Shown: piece by piece, positions 49,109 to 63,330 of the stretch
Position numbering within the stretch: position 1 is the first letter of the stretch
Layout of the letters: every line of letters begins with the position of its first letter
NCBI GenBank assembly: GCA_047967505.1
Contig: CM106538.1
Strand: one strand, 5' to 3'
Source of the DNA: Dipteris shenzhenensis
Taxonomy: Eukaryota
Length of the DNA: 64,000 nt
Notes under the pieces: model-generated
The model's database searches: none
What the model saw: the letters and a program-made list of their open reading frames with translations, nothing else
What the model was told of the DNA's origin: nothing
Translations under genes and position numbers: made by a program

Positions 49109-52100
49109 CCCTCTTGGCCCACAAAACTAGGGTAGGAGCCCTCATTTCAAGGCAAGGGCCTAGCCCCTAGGTCTGCCCTATATAAGGCCTGGTTGGTTGT
49201 CCCCAAACAGCCTCGACCCATGTGCTAGTCTGTCTTGCCTCTACCGTGTCCTTTCTTAGCTCCCTGATCCTGCCCACACGTGTGCGCCTCAGCTTCGTAT
49301 TGTTCGGTACTATTGTTGTCATCCGCGAGCTCATATCCTCTTCTCTTGGGTCCTTATTGCTGTCCTCTGCTCCACCTTATGCTCCTGCAGATCAGCCAGG
49401 TACCTTTCCAGCACCCCCTCTCATCGACACATCTCGGCCCAATGCCAACACGTCGATGATGATGCTCCATTAACTCCCTAGTCATAGTCATTTGGAACAT
49501 TTTGATGATGTAATCTATTCTTGGCTTTTCATCCAGTGGTTCCTTCACCAGGTGTGGTTCTGCTTTTGCACGCCATCCTCCATCTCTGGTAGCACCTCCT
49601 GGCACCACTACCTCCAGTCACATTCCCGCCTTCGAACTCGAGCAATCCAACTACCACGATCTTCTAGTTGTCCACCTTATAATGAGTGAACAACCTTGAG
49701 TCTTCTACGCATCATACTCTGAGGGTCTATTTCAACCCGTCCTTCCTTTGGCAAGGTCTACAACAAATGAATATCTCCAGATTACCTGGACCACGAACTC
49801 TCATTGAGCTCTCAAATAGATACTCTTCCAGCTTCAGTACACCTCGTCCATCACCTTCCAGCAATTTGTGTCCAAATTTTGCAGAAGTCCCATACTTCCC
49901 CTTCTGCTTTCGAAGAAGGCCAATTCCTTTCAATCTCACATTACCTAAGACAAATGAAGAGCAGAGTCTCTCCACAGCATGCTATAAAGGCTCAAATGAA
50001 GAACTTCAAGCACATATCAGATCGTCGTACTGCTTGTGTGGTTGCTTTGAAAGCAAAGGATGCACCTCATCAAGGCACATACCAATAGCTTGTGTAATCA
50101 TGTACTGTCCCCTTCTAAAGTATAGCATCCATCTGAACATGAAACCCCAAGGCACTCCACGGAATCCACCCTTGTTTCAGTACCAATAGCCATGCACCTG
50201 GAAGATACCAAGCACTCCATGCTAGCCTTTATCTTCACAAAGGCATCTGACTCCTCGTCGACCCACATCTCAATGTCATACATCATCACTGTGGTTTCTA
50301 GGTCAACATATCTGACCTGAGTAACACACGAAGATGTCACCAAGAACAACTCTTCAATTATCACATTTGCTTTGGCCTTTGTATCACCCTCTGAATCTGA
50401 GTCACGGACTCCTTCCTATTTTTTTGATCCGCCTTCTTCTTTCTGCAGTCCTTCACAAAATGACATGGCATGTCAGAATAGAATCACTTCTTCTTCTACT
50501 TCCTCTTGGAAGTGTCCTCATCATCAGAGTCATCCTTGGACTTGCCACCATTAGGCTTGTCCTTCCCTTTTCCAATGTAATCCTTCGCCAGTAGTGCCTT
50601 GTCATCTTTGTCAATGTTGATTATTTTATTTGTAGTCGTGTTGATTATGGTAAAATATACCATAGAACTGCATGAGACACAAGGGATCTCCCTAGCTTCT
50701 TCCTGTAGCTGTAATGGACCCAATTCCTCAAAAGTTAGAGGTTTGGTCCTCTGTCGTGATGTCACAGTCGTAACAAAGCTTTTGAAACTCCAAGGTAGCC
50801 TCCTAAGTACCATCAAGGCAAATGGCACGAGTCCACCTTCTAACCAATTGATGCCAATTGATCCCTCACCACCTTGACCTTTGTCCAGTGGTCATGTACC
50901 GAATCTCCCTCATCCATATCCAGGTTGTAGAGTTGATGTTGGAGAAGCAAGATCCGAGATGTGTTATCTGTCTTGTATAGATCCTTCAGAATGACCCACG
51001 CCTCTATTGACATCTCGGCCATCTGGATGTGAGGAAGCACAGAGTCCTCTATAGTCCCTATGATCAATGCCAAGGCATGGGCATCTTTGTCTTCCCAAGC
51101 TTCAAGCTCCTCTCCATCTACATGCATGAGTACCTTCCCCTCTTGTTTACCATATCCTCCGGCTTTGCCTCCACTCCCGTTGTCAGTTTCCATAACTTTC
51201 GAGGATTCCCAAGAGCTTCTGAATTAGCGTCATCCTTCAGCAAGGTCCCTACAATCAAGCTCCCACACCTGTGAGCCTCCTACTTGGGCTCCGATACCAT
51301 GTTAGAAATGGACCAACAGAGGGTACGCACAGTGGAAGACTAATAGAATTGCCCAAGATCTCACAGTGTGTGGTGTGGGGTGTGGATCACAAACTTCTTA
51401 AACTTATGTGCATAGGATAGATGTGCAAACTCATCAATAAACAATGAATCAGCCAAATATAGAAGACACCAAAATAATATATTTCTGTCCAAAGCTATGG
51501 ACACAATACAAAAGAGATACATCCAGAGTCCCACCAATGATGTGGTCCTCTAATCTTACCACAAGGTCCTTCTCCTATCTCCTGGCTATCTCTAGACTCA
51601 AGCCCACGTGCTCCACCTCGAGTGTCTGTACACTTTCCATCCAGAATGATCCTCTCCACCTTGCTGTTTGGAAACTAGCCTAGGTGGGTTGCCACTCAAG
51701 CTCAGTCTGCAGCTCCTTCAGGGTCACCTTCACCTCCTATGGATAGGCCCAAGGCTTGCCTTCTTGTTGCTCCAGTATGCTGTTAGAGGGCTGCTATACA
51801 TGATGAAAAATGAGGGCACAAGGCCCTCCCTTTTATAGGCCTAGAGGGCTGGCCAACCAACCGACTCAATCAGGCCCAAAATGGCCGACTTGCTGGTCAG
51901 TCATTCTACCCCCTCTGGCCTATAAAAGTGCCCCTTATGGGGCACAAAACTAGGGTTGGCCACAAAACTAGGGCATGAGCCCTCATTTCAAGGCAAGGGC
52001 GCAACCCCTAGGTCTGCCTTATATAAGGCGTGGTTGGCTGCCTCCAAGTAGCCTAACCAACCTCTCTCCTCGTCGACCCATGTGTTGGTCTGTCCCACCT

Positions 52101-52727
52101 CTGCCCCTTCTCTTAGGTCCTTGTTGCTGTCCTCTTCTCCACCTTGTGCTCCTACAGATCAGCCAGGTACCCTCCTCTCTTCTTTTGGGCACATCCTGCC
52201 CTAGGTCTCCCTCCCCCACTCTCTCCTCATAATATGGGGCTTACAAATGGGGAGGTGACCTTTCCAACAATATTTGCACAACGTTTGCAATAAAGTGCCC
52301 TTTACTTTGAGCTCCCTTTGGCCAATGGGTCAAAGGTCATAAATTTACTTGACACTCCTAGCTATCTCAAAACTCTTGCACTAATCATGTAAGATACAGA
52401 TTTATATTTTTCGCTTATTTTTGTATTCTATTATGAGGATGTGTCCCTTATTTATAGCAAGCCTTGGTAGAATGCTATAGTTTAACATGATCAATACCTA
52501 ATTGCACAAAATGCGCCCCAAGGAGCAAATGGTGTGGGTTGGCTTAAAGCTCTAACCAAATTGCTTTTACGTGCTTTTAAGACTTCCGTCCTAACAAATG
52601 CACAATGCTCTATCCATCAAACAATTTCAATGACACCAATACATAATCTAAGCCAAGAAAATGATTAATGCATGTATTTAATCCTGGTTATCATATAGGC
52701 ATGCTTTGCAATACCTTGTTTCATTGA

Positions 52728-53090
52728 ATATCTATCATCGTTATATGGCACATGTTGATCACCATTGCAAGCACAATCACATGGTATCCTCTCGTGAGTA
52801 AATATCACCATTTCTTTTACTTCCAATCCCCCTTTAGAGTATGATATCTATCATCATTATATGGCACATGTTGATGATCACCATTGCAAGCACAATCACA
52901 TGGTATCCTCTCATGAGTAAATACCACCATTGCTTTTGCTTCCAATTCCCCTTCAGAGTCCGAAGTTACAATATCTATCTTCATTATATGGCACATGTTG
53001 ATGATCACCATTGCAAGCACAATCACATGGTATCCTCTCATGAGTAAATATCCACCATTGCTCTTTCTTTCAATTCCCCCTTAGAGTCAA
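52728..53090. repeat. Tandem repeat, 3 x ~120 bp
   Basis: TATATGGCACATGTTGAT...CACCATTGCAAGCACAATCACATGGTATCCTCTC.TGAGTAAATA occurs at ~52742, 52858 and 52985. Confidence 0.9.
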
Positions 53091-55439
53091 AGGAGGGTAC
53101 AATATATTTATAGGTTGCAGGCATCATATTAGTGTTGGAACAAGTTTTCAATATCAAGTGTGTTAGAGGCTTTACCTATAAAACAATGGTTGGAACAAGT
53201 ATCTTAGAGGCTTACCTATAAAACAACACTTTCCTTATCTCATGAAAATCTCTTTGATTCTCAATCCATCCCCTCTTCCTCCAACCAACCCTCCACCACA
53301 AAGCTCATTTCTCTTCAAGATAGTCAAGGCACCACCAAGGCTCAAGCAAGGACACCATAGGTTTGGAGTAAGATGCAAGAATCCATGTTGCCTCCCCTTT
53401 TCATCATTTGTGCATTCCTCTATGGTCATTCATACATATTAAGGGTTGAATTATATCTTCCCTAGCACCTTCTTTGCTTCATCCTCATGAAAAAAGAAGG
53501 GAGTGTCATTTGAGCATAAATAGCCTCCACCTTTGGGTAGTTTGCTTGTTTTATAAGGGTTTTCATTCTTATACTTGCATTTTCCTCATTTTTGCACTTG
53601 TACAGGTTTTATCTTGTATGTTTGGGGTTAATTTTTCTCTTCCCCAACTTGATCCACTCTCTTTGCTTCATTTTCATGCACAAAACGAGAGGACCATTTT
53701 CCTTGTTGATAAGGATGTCTTTATCTATCTCACCTTTTTATCTTTTTTGCACTTGGCAAAACTCCTTGCAAATTTTCCACTAGTTTGGATCTCCTTCATT
53801 CAAGGCATGCAAGGAATATTCCACTAAGTCTTGGCTATTTTGCACCCTAGTGATCTTCTTAGAAGGAAAGGCCACCTCCCTTGTGTGATTTTCTTTCTTG
53901 AGAGTGGAGATAAGACAGCCGTAAACATGATTGTCGATTGCAAAAGCAATGTTTCTACTAACCTTATACAATCTATTAGGTCTATTCACTACTAGGAAAA
54001 TAGAAATTGACTTCTACAAGGTGGTATGCTTGTTTGCTATGTGTCACCTAGCAATGGACTTCTGGAAGCTAGTAGGCCAAGTTAGATCTAATCCAAGTGG
54101 GGTTTCTTTATGTGGGTGAGTTCTTTCCACCACTAACATCTTCCTAATTTGGAGGATTGTGTAACTTTTTTGTGGCCCTAAGGGCCACCATTTTGTCTTT
54201 TGTTGTGAGTTAATTAGGTGGGGGCTCAATCCTTTAATGGATGAAACTCACAAGGAGTCATGCAAGGTACTTGTTGAGAAAATCACAAGAATGTCAAACT
54301 TGCAAGACTTTCTAAGATCCTTTCAAAGAATCACAAGGGCTTTGGAAATTAATGGATTTGTATTAGTTGCTTTGATGAAGAGGGGTTAGATAAGTTGGGA
54401 AAGAAATTTAAAGAGGGTAAGATAATCAAGTGGTGGTGATAAGTGGCTTACCTATGGTTTGATTAGGGAAATCATTGAGAAGAAGATAGTCATGATGAAA
54501 TAGACCAAATACCCTATTTTTCACTCCTTTCATAAGGACAATGGATGGAAAAGGCTTTTTCTAGAGAGTTGGGAGGGCAATCGGTGAGGTCTGTAATAGT
54601 AGAGCAATGTAGCATAGAAGCAGGAGTGAAAAGTGTGAAGAGATCAAGGTGAATGAACTTGGGCATAAGAAGTGGAGGTAGCTTATGGATGGCTAAGGAG
54701 GAAGGATTAAGAGATGAGCTCTAGGAGATGGGCAACCAAATTTTGAGGAAAACTCTTATTTTTTAATTTTATTGTGGGAGGTTCATTTTTGGTTTAGGGT
54801 TAGGGATGGCCCCCATCATGTGTGACATGGAATGTTGAAATCTCGCATAAATTTGTGTGCATTTTTTAGTTGGAACAAACTCTCAAGATTTTAAACAACT
54901 TGGCAGATTTCTTTTGAGTGTTGTCTTCGAATAGAGTGCATTGTCAAACTCACAAGAAATCTTGCAAGTACCTTATCTTATGAAGATTTCTTCTTTTGAA
55001 TTTTTGAGGGATCAATGTCGGTAGCATAGCCGTATATGGCTTCAACAATAACTTGCATGATTTTGTACAAGTTTCCATTTTAGCTTCTTTCAATGTAGTC
55101 CGTTCACAAGGGATAGGACTTAAGCTATTAATTTTGAGCTTTCTTGTGGGTTTCCTTGCAAACTAGTAGCATTTGTCTCTAGTGGTAGTCAGTCACTCTT
55201 TTCTTCTTTCTTTGTTGCTTCTAATGAAGGAAAATTACCAAAGGAATGTGAGGGTTTGGAGATAGAGAGAGCTCAAAAACATGGAGATCCATTGCAATGA
55301 GATTAATAATAAAGTACAAAAGGGTTGTCAACATTTAAAAACCCTAAAACCCTAGGGTGAGCCTAATGTGAGTCAAAAATAAGTGTACCACAATTATTAA
55401 TTGTGGTTGGGGGGAAATACCTTAGAAGGAGGAACTGCC

Positions 55440-57082
55440 CCTAAACATCCTAACTAACTAGTACATTGGTCAATACCTTAAACATTACAATATTTCCAAT
55501 ACTCACTACATTGACAATGTCTTGGTGTACAAGTAGTGGTCTCAATTACCTAACAAAAGTCATCCCAAATCTTTGCAAAAAGATTCAAAATATTCTTTGG
55601 ATATGGCCTCGAAAAAAGAATTTGCAACTAGTAGACTTCTCTTTCATGTACCTTGTGTCTGACATAATGATAGTGGATCTCAATGTGTTTCATGTGTATA
55701 TGAAACACAAGATTCCATGCCACTACAATAACACTATGACTATCAATGAGGATGGGAGTAGATAGATGCAAAACAACATGAACATCTCTTGAGCCATACA
55801 CATTAAACTATAGTTGTGAAGGTTGCCTTGTACTCAACTTCACAAGGTGAAGTTGACCTCTAGTTTGTTTCTTGCTCAACCATGAAATGCATGAACTACT
55901 AATAAAGAAAGGCTTTCCACTAGTGGAATGTCTAGTGTCATAATCATCTGCCCACTCTAAATCACTAAAATCATGCAAGTTATAGGGACCCCCTGGCATA
56001 GAGTAGACCAAGAGGTTGAGTACCCTACAAATATCTAAAAACATAGTTTACAATACACCAATGCCATGCCTTTCGGCTATGCATATACCTACTCCACTAG
56101 AAAACACCAAATTAAATATCCGAATGGATATTGCATAGATAAATAAGGCATCCAATAGCCTAAATGTATATAACAACATCAAAGGGTTCACCTACACCAT
56201 GCATGGATAGCCTCAACCTAGGCTCCATGGGAGTTGGAATAGGCTTGCAATCCTAAAAGTTGAACCTTTGCAATAGTCCTGAATATATTTTGACTATTTG
56301 AGCATAATGCCTTCATTTGTTTGCATAAATTAAATACTCAAATAGTAATATAACTAATCCAAATCATACATCTAAAAACAAAGCTTCAAGATCCACCTTG
56401 AATTTTCATAAATTTTTCTTCATTTTAGCCTATGAGTAGCAGATTTTCCACAAACAAGATGGTAATCAGAAAATCCTTTTTGTGTTTCTTGACATAAAGG
56501 CTACTCTTAGTTGGGTTGTTCTATAGACCTTGATTGGTTGAACATGTGTGAATTTTCTCATACCAAGCCCATGCAGCTTGTTTCAACCCATAAAGTGCAT
56601 TATGGAGTCTGCATACTTTATGATCCTGACTAGGCATATGAAAAATTACAGGATGACTCACATACACTTCCCGCAAGGACCCATTGAGAAAATTTATTTT
56701 CATATCGGATGTACTTTCTAACCAAAATGATCTACGACTAAAACAACACACCTAATGGTGGCTATCCTAGAAGTGGACGTAAATGTTTCATCATAATCCC
56801 TTATCTTGTATCCAATACAATATGCAATTTGTGGCTATCTTGTATCCAATACGATATGCCGATAGTGTTGTAGCGAGCTTATGCTCCCAATGATTATGGC
56901 TAGCTTTTACCATGTAGGTCAAGTGTTGCACAAGGTTTTGTTTGTGCTCTTGTCTTGACCATTGGCTTTATGATAATACAATGTGGACTTTATAGGTGAT
57001 CATGAATTCACTCATTAGGACTACAATTGTCTTATTGATGAAATGAGATCCTCTATCACTAACAAGTTCAAAAGGTCATCCA
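55440..57082 (-). mobile_element. Older decayed Ty1/copia RT-RNase H remnant (host of element D; probably continues ~62591-62680)
   Basis: NFLNGSL.EVY...LHNALYGLKQA..AWY (56521-56751) and FSDLEWADD...STSG...ISWLSKKQ (55808-56044). Confidence 0.75.
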
Positions 57083-60000
57083 TGTGAAGAGAGTGGGAGA
57101 GAAGTAAGGAGTCTCACTTGCAGCTTTCTCACATACACAATGGGGGAATACACACAAAGGTGGAGGCTAAAAATAGTTTTCCTCTTCTTAGTTGTTAAAG
57201 CCAAAAGAATCTCTCTTAGTACAAAAGGAATAGGTGAACCCTATATGTGGGTCTTAAACCAAACTCAGCTAACCTAGGTGGCATACTAACTGAGCCACTA
57301 ACTAGAGTACATAAAGATAGCAGTCATCTAGCTATTATTCATGGGTGGTGTACCAATTGCATCTGCAGCTAATAAGTCGGTGAAATAAATGCACAACAGT
57401 CACCTTGGCATAATTCCTGCACACCAAGCAGGTCTCTAAACTTGCATAGCTTCTCTATGCCCAATGCCTTCGTGAATATGTCAGCTACCTGATCCTCTTT
57501 GCTGACATAAACTAGACCAATAAAACCTACTAGAACCTTCTCCCACACATAGTGATAATGCACCTCAATGCGCTTTGTTCTAGCATGATAGACAAGGTTA
57601 TTTGCTAAGTGTATACTGCTCATGTTGTCATAATAAATGACAACTAGCCCATCTATAGACTGATGCATATCATAAAGTAGCTTATGCAACCAAGCTCCCT
57701 CACATGCAACCACTGCCACACCCTTGTATTCAGCCTCTATGCTCGACAAGGCAATTGTAGGCTGTTTCTTGCTGCTCCAAGTGACTACAGCACTCCCAAA
57801 AGAGAACACATATCCACTAGTAGATCGTCTATGAAAAATACTACCAGCCCAATCAGCATCAGTGTATCCATGCAACTGTATCTGAACCCCAGTCTCATAA
57901 AATAGTCCATACTACAATGTGGACTTCACATAACTTAGTATGTGTCTAGCCGCATCCAAATGCAATTTCCTTGGAGCCTGCATAAACTGACTTACCAACC
58001 CAACAGCATAGCTCTGGCCTGGTAATAGTCATATAAATCAAACTTCCTACTATGCGTTTGTACATAGTAGGGTCTTCAAGAACTCACCTGCATCTACATT
58101 CAGCTTCACATTCTACTCCAAAGGAACTAAAAATAGGCTTACAGCCTGTCATCCCATATTTGGACAGCATGTCCAATCCATACTGCCTCTGCAAGAGCCA
58201 TATCCCACTTCTGGATCTAATCACCTCTATGCCCAAGACGTAACGCAGCTCTCCCAAATCCTTCATCTCAAACTTCTACTTCAATAGCATTTTCACATGA
58301 AGGATATCTTCATCACTATCACCTGTGATGATCAAATCATCAATATAAATGACAAGCAGCATAATGCCTTTCTCTATTTTTCTCACATAAAGTGAGAAAT
58401 CTGCCTCGGAAATCTGAAAGCCAATAGTGACAAGATATTGTCCTATCTTGTCTGACCATGCTCTGGGTGCTTGCTTCAAGCCATACAAGGCTTTCTTCAA
58501 CCTGCAAACAAACTCAGGATGAACAGCATGAACATAACCTAGTGGCTGCTCCATATAGATCTTTGCTTGCAAATCACCATGCAAGAAGGCATTCTTTACA
58601 TCCATCTGATGTAAATACCATCCCTTTGATGCAGCCATAGCAATGACTACTCTTATAGTTGCCATCCTTGCAACCGGACTGAATGTTTCTTCATAATCAA
58701 TGCCATATATATGTGCATACCCGTTGACAACTAATCTTGCCTTGTATCTGCTCACAGAACCATTTGCATTGTGCTTCACCTTATAAACCCACTTGCAGCC
58801 ATTTGCATTCTTGTCTTTAGGCATAGGCACCAATTCCCATGTAGCATTTGCTTCCAAGGCATCCATTTCTTCATCCATGGCTTTCTCCCATTTTTCTTTT
58901 CCCATGGCTTGCTCAAAAGAAGTGGGTTTTGGTTCATGTATCACTTTGACCATATAGGCATAGTGAATGGCTATAAATCCATCATATTTTAGCCTATCCA
59001 TAGAATACTTAACTCTGGTAGACTTGCACAAGATAGGCTCACTACCAGGTGCTCTCAAAACATCCCTTGTCTTCCTTACTCCAGGTGTAACAATAGAAGG
59101 AATACCCCAACTCATCATCAAGGCTCTGTTCTGAGCCACTGGATTCACCATCCACATAAGAGTGACCTGCATTCACATCAACCATGAGCTGATCTACTTT
59201 GTCTTTCCTTTTGTGATACTTGCATACCACTATCTGCATTGCTTTGAGGAGATTCTCTTGATCTCAATCTGTGTGTCCACGGCAAAGTATGTGAACACTG
59301 CTAGAGGACACTATAGGTCCACTAATATTTTGTGATTGCTGCTATGAATTCTGTGCAGCATTACCATTTTGTGCATCTACATCATCAATCACATATACTA
59401 GTTTATACCAATTGCTCATCTCATCAAAAACAACATCTCTGCTCACTATAAACTTACGAGTAGAAGGGTTATAGCATCTATACCCTTTTTGCTGCAGAGA
59501 ATAACCAATAAAGATGCACTTCTCAGCTTTTGGATCCAACTTGGATCTCAACTCATCTGGCACATGAACATAGGCAATGCAACCAAAAACTTTCAAATGA
59601 GAAATATCTGGTTTCCTACCAGTATACCTCTCCTCTAGCGTCATGCCATGTATTGCTGCAGTGGGAGTCCTGTTCATTGTGTAGACTGCTATAGCAACTG
59701 CTTCAACCCAATAATAATCTGGCAGGACTTTTTTGTTGAGCATGGCATGAGATACCTCTCCAATATGCATGTTTTTCCTTTCTTCAAGTCCATTTTGCTG
59801 TGGGGTATGACTGCATGAATATTACTACTTTATGCCATGCTCCTGCAGGAACCTTGCAAACTCATTTGAGAGATACTCTCCCCCTCCATCTGACCTTAGG
59901 CATTTTATTTGTAGGCCTGTTTCTTTCTCACTCATAGCTTTAAAAGCTTTGAAATTCCCAAATACGTCACTTTTCTTTTTCATGAAATACACCCAAACTT

Positions 60001-62585
60001 TTCTGCTATAGTCATCAATAAAAGTGACAAAATAATGACAGCTTCCAATAGATGCATTTTTAGTAGTCCACAAATCAAAGTGGATTAATTCCAATGGCCT
60101 CTTACTCTCTTGAACATGTCTAGGAAATGGTTTCTTTGCCTGTTTTCCAAATTGACAGGCTTCACATACCTTATGCATTTTTGCAACCTTGAACTTAGGC
60201 AATCCTGCAACAATATTTTGGGCCTGCATTAATTTAAGTCATCGTACATTAACATGACCAATGCGTTTATGCTAGATATCAATATCTGCAACTACACCAG
60301 TCCCATGTGCAAACATTGTTGCACTCAATTTAGGCATGTCCGCATCCAATGTAAACATCCTGCCCTTCTTCTTCACTTTTCCTATCAAGCGACCTTTATT
60401 TTTCATATCCTCAACAAAACATCCATGAGGATTAAATCTGACCTGCAAGCCCTGCTCAACCATTTGGCCAATAGAAACCAAGTTCTTGGTGATATTCGGG
60501 ACATGAAATACATCAGACAGGTATTTCTTTTTCCCATCCTGCATAGACAACGGAATTTTACCAATCTGCACAATAGGATGTGCAGTATCATCACCAGTCT
60601 CCACAAATCTAGTCTTTCCATTTTCCTTGCCTCCTGCATCCATTCTGCATGAACTGTCATGTGGTTTGATGCACTTGAGTCAACATACCACACATCATTG
60701 CTTTCTTCTGCGCTTGTCATAGAATTGGTCATGTGCTACACCATAAACAAATGCTCATTTCTGTCATCACTCTGTGTACTAGAGGATGCATAATTGCCTT
60801 GCTGCAATTTTCTATTAGGGATGTCATTCTGCTTTTTGTAGCAGTCTTTAGCCATATGACCCATTTTACCACAATAGTAGCATTCAACATTACTGTTTGC
60901 ATTTTGGCCTCTCTACCATCCACCATGACCTCTTTGGCTCCCCCTGCCTCTAAAGTTACCACATCCTCCTCCACTGAACTAGTTTTCTTGAATTTGCTAC
61001 ATATTTTGATTTCTGCCATGGCCTCCAGATCGGCCTGCTCTACCTCTTCCAGGATTTGAGTAGAAGATAGTTTCTTTTGAAGTTCCTCCTGAAGAAGATG
61101 CACCACCATTTCTCTGCTCTTCAAAAATTAGAAGAGCAATCAACTCCTCAAAATCAAGAAATTTTCACAGACGGCAATGGATGTCTAGAATTCTGCATAA
61201 TCCTTTCCTAGACCATTCAAGGTCACAGAAACTAAATCATCATCTTCCACTGGTGACCCAAGGGAAGCAGGTGCATCTACAATCTTCTTCACCTTCATGT
61301 GGTAGTCATTGGTGCTCATATTTTCTCTCTGCACATTATGCAACTCCTACTTGAGCTGCATTTTCTTGGCTTACGTATTTGTGCTGTACATTTTTGTACA
61401 TTTTTGTCAAAGTATCCCATGCCTCCTTGGACGTGCTTACATCCTGAATATGCATAATCATAGAATCTGAAATATTGATAGACAGCTAGTACATAACTTT
61501 TCTGGCTCTCTGATGCCATCCTTTAAATGCCTGCAACTCCTATCGATTGGGAACATTAGGAATAACTAGTTCTTGTTCAGCTCCAGTAATGAACTCCCAA
61601 TAGCCTTTTCCCTTAAGGAAATTCGTCATTCTAAACTTCCATGCTTGGAAGTTGTTCTTATCAAGCTTTTTAATGACTATCTATGAAAGAGCATCAGACG
61701 CCATTACAGAACACTACAAAAATATTGTCACTGCAAAAAAAAAAACTTCTGTCTCACAAGGGCAAATCTGCAAAACTGACGAAAGTGGTATTTGACCACA
61801 CAGTCACTTCCTAGTTACGATTTTGCATCAACATGCAATAAAAATGATTCTTTTACTCCCAATATCTCTGTGCACAGGCATACGATGCAATTTCTATAGC
61901 AACTTTCACCGACCTGTGGAACAATGGTCACACAGCAAAAAATAGTTGCCACCAAAACGAGCCCCGAAATGGCCTCGAATCAAAAAAATAATGTTGCTAA
62001 GGGCTTCTCTCTTGCCTGCAGCATATACTACCCTCTCACCACACCGCGAAGGGTGTCCCAATCTGAGACAGTGCACTCTTGCACTTTTCGACTATGCTAC
62101 CTACAAAGATTTGCTCCCAAACTCGAAAAAGGAAAGCAACACTGATCCTCTTACCAAGACACTGTGAACTTGGTTTGCTTTCTTGAGCTCCTTACCATGA
62201 ACCAAGCTCTGATACCATGTAAAGAGAGTGGGAGAGAAGTATGGAGTCTCACTTGTAGCTTTCTCACATACACAATGGGGGAATACACACAAAGGTGGAG
62301 GCTAAAAACAGTTTTCCTCTTCTTAGTTGTAAAAGCCAAAAGAATCTCTCTTAGTACAAAAGGAATAGGTGAATCCTATATGTGGGTCTCAAACCAAACT
62401 CAGCTAGCCTAGGTGGCATACTAACTGAGCCACTAACTAGAGTACATAAAGGTAGCTATCATCCAGCTATCATCCAGCTATTATTCATGGGCGGTGTACC
62501 AACCGCATCTGTAGCTAACAAGTCGGTGACATAAATGCACGATGGTCACCCTGGCATATCATGAGTGGAGCTCGATATCTCAACA
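57083..62585 (-). mobile_element. Ty1/copia element D, 5' LTR 62218-62585, 3' LTR 57083-~57412 (truncated), TSD ATCCA
   Basis: ATCCA at 57078-57082 and 62586-62590. PBS TGGTATCAGAGC (62206-62217). Gag, PR (WYVDSSASNHM), INT, RT (58276-59172, IYIDDL) and RH (57369-57875). Confidence 0.95.
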
Positions 62586-62689
62586 ATCCAAATCATGATA
62601 TGACTTGTTCATACAAGAACATGTCTGTTGACCTAGCATCATACCTTTTTGTCACCTTAGCCTTCCCACTTAGTGAAATAATTAGTGGT

Positions 62690-63330
62690 GGTGACAATGA
62701 TGTATCACACGTGTGTGCCATTCTTCAAAGGGTTGACTAATGAAAACACCAGTAAGGGACATTCTATTGTTTGTTGTGCTATAGGATTCAATAGAGTTGT
62801 TCAACAATCAGCTGATACTACATTGCATCCTTGATTAATGTACATGCCCTTTCCTTGTTGAGGGGCTTGTCTTGCCAAAACCCATTTTTCAAGAAGTGAC
62901 CAATCTCCTCTGCCCATTCTAGTATTAAATCCACGGGAAATAATGGGGCATCTAGAAGATTGTCATCAATGCCAATTGGTGGCTCGCTATTGGGAATTTA
63001 CAACATGTGATCAACCAAGACATGGGTTTTATCGTTGCAAAATATGATGGTAAAATCAAATTCCAATAAAATTAGCATCCATCATGTTATTTGCTCAGCC
63101 ACGCAAGGCTTGTTCAATAAGTAAGGAATTACCTAATGATTTTTAAAAAACACAAACTTGTTAGTAGCAAGTAGTGATGAAACTTCTTAACAATGTAAAC
63201 CATCTGAAGACCTTCCCTTTTTATGGTCATATAATTCATATCTTCTTTATTAAGTTGGTAGCTTGCTAAGTAGATCAAATGGAGTGAATTTCCATGCAAA
63301 ATAGTCCTTGCATTGTAACAGAATGGAGAT
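62690..63330 (-). mobile_element. Decayed Ty3/gypsy RNase H fragment
   Basis: Manual translation ...NKFVF.../LLNKPCVAEQIT*WMLILLEFDFTII...KTHVLVDHM resembles the gypsy RNase H C-terminus. Confidence 0.6.

Larger units (their letters stand above)
42442..52269 (-). mobile_element. Gag-only (TR-GAG-like, non-autonomous) copia-related LTR element, TSD ATATT; 5' LTR 51300-52269, 3' LTR 42442-49413 (split by two insertions)
   Basis: ATATT at 42437-42441 and 52270-52274. PBS TGGTATCGGAGC (51288-51299), PPT TGAGAGGGGG (49414-49423). Copia-type gag fragments at 50496-51193. No pol motifs seen in the ~1.9 kb internal region. Confidence 0.85.

Noticed and set aside
52728-53090. CRISPR-like repeat-spacer array
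   Set aside because: Units are ~120 bp with homologous rather than unique spacers, there are no cas genes, and the context is eukaryotic.
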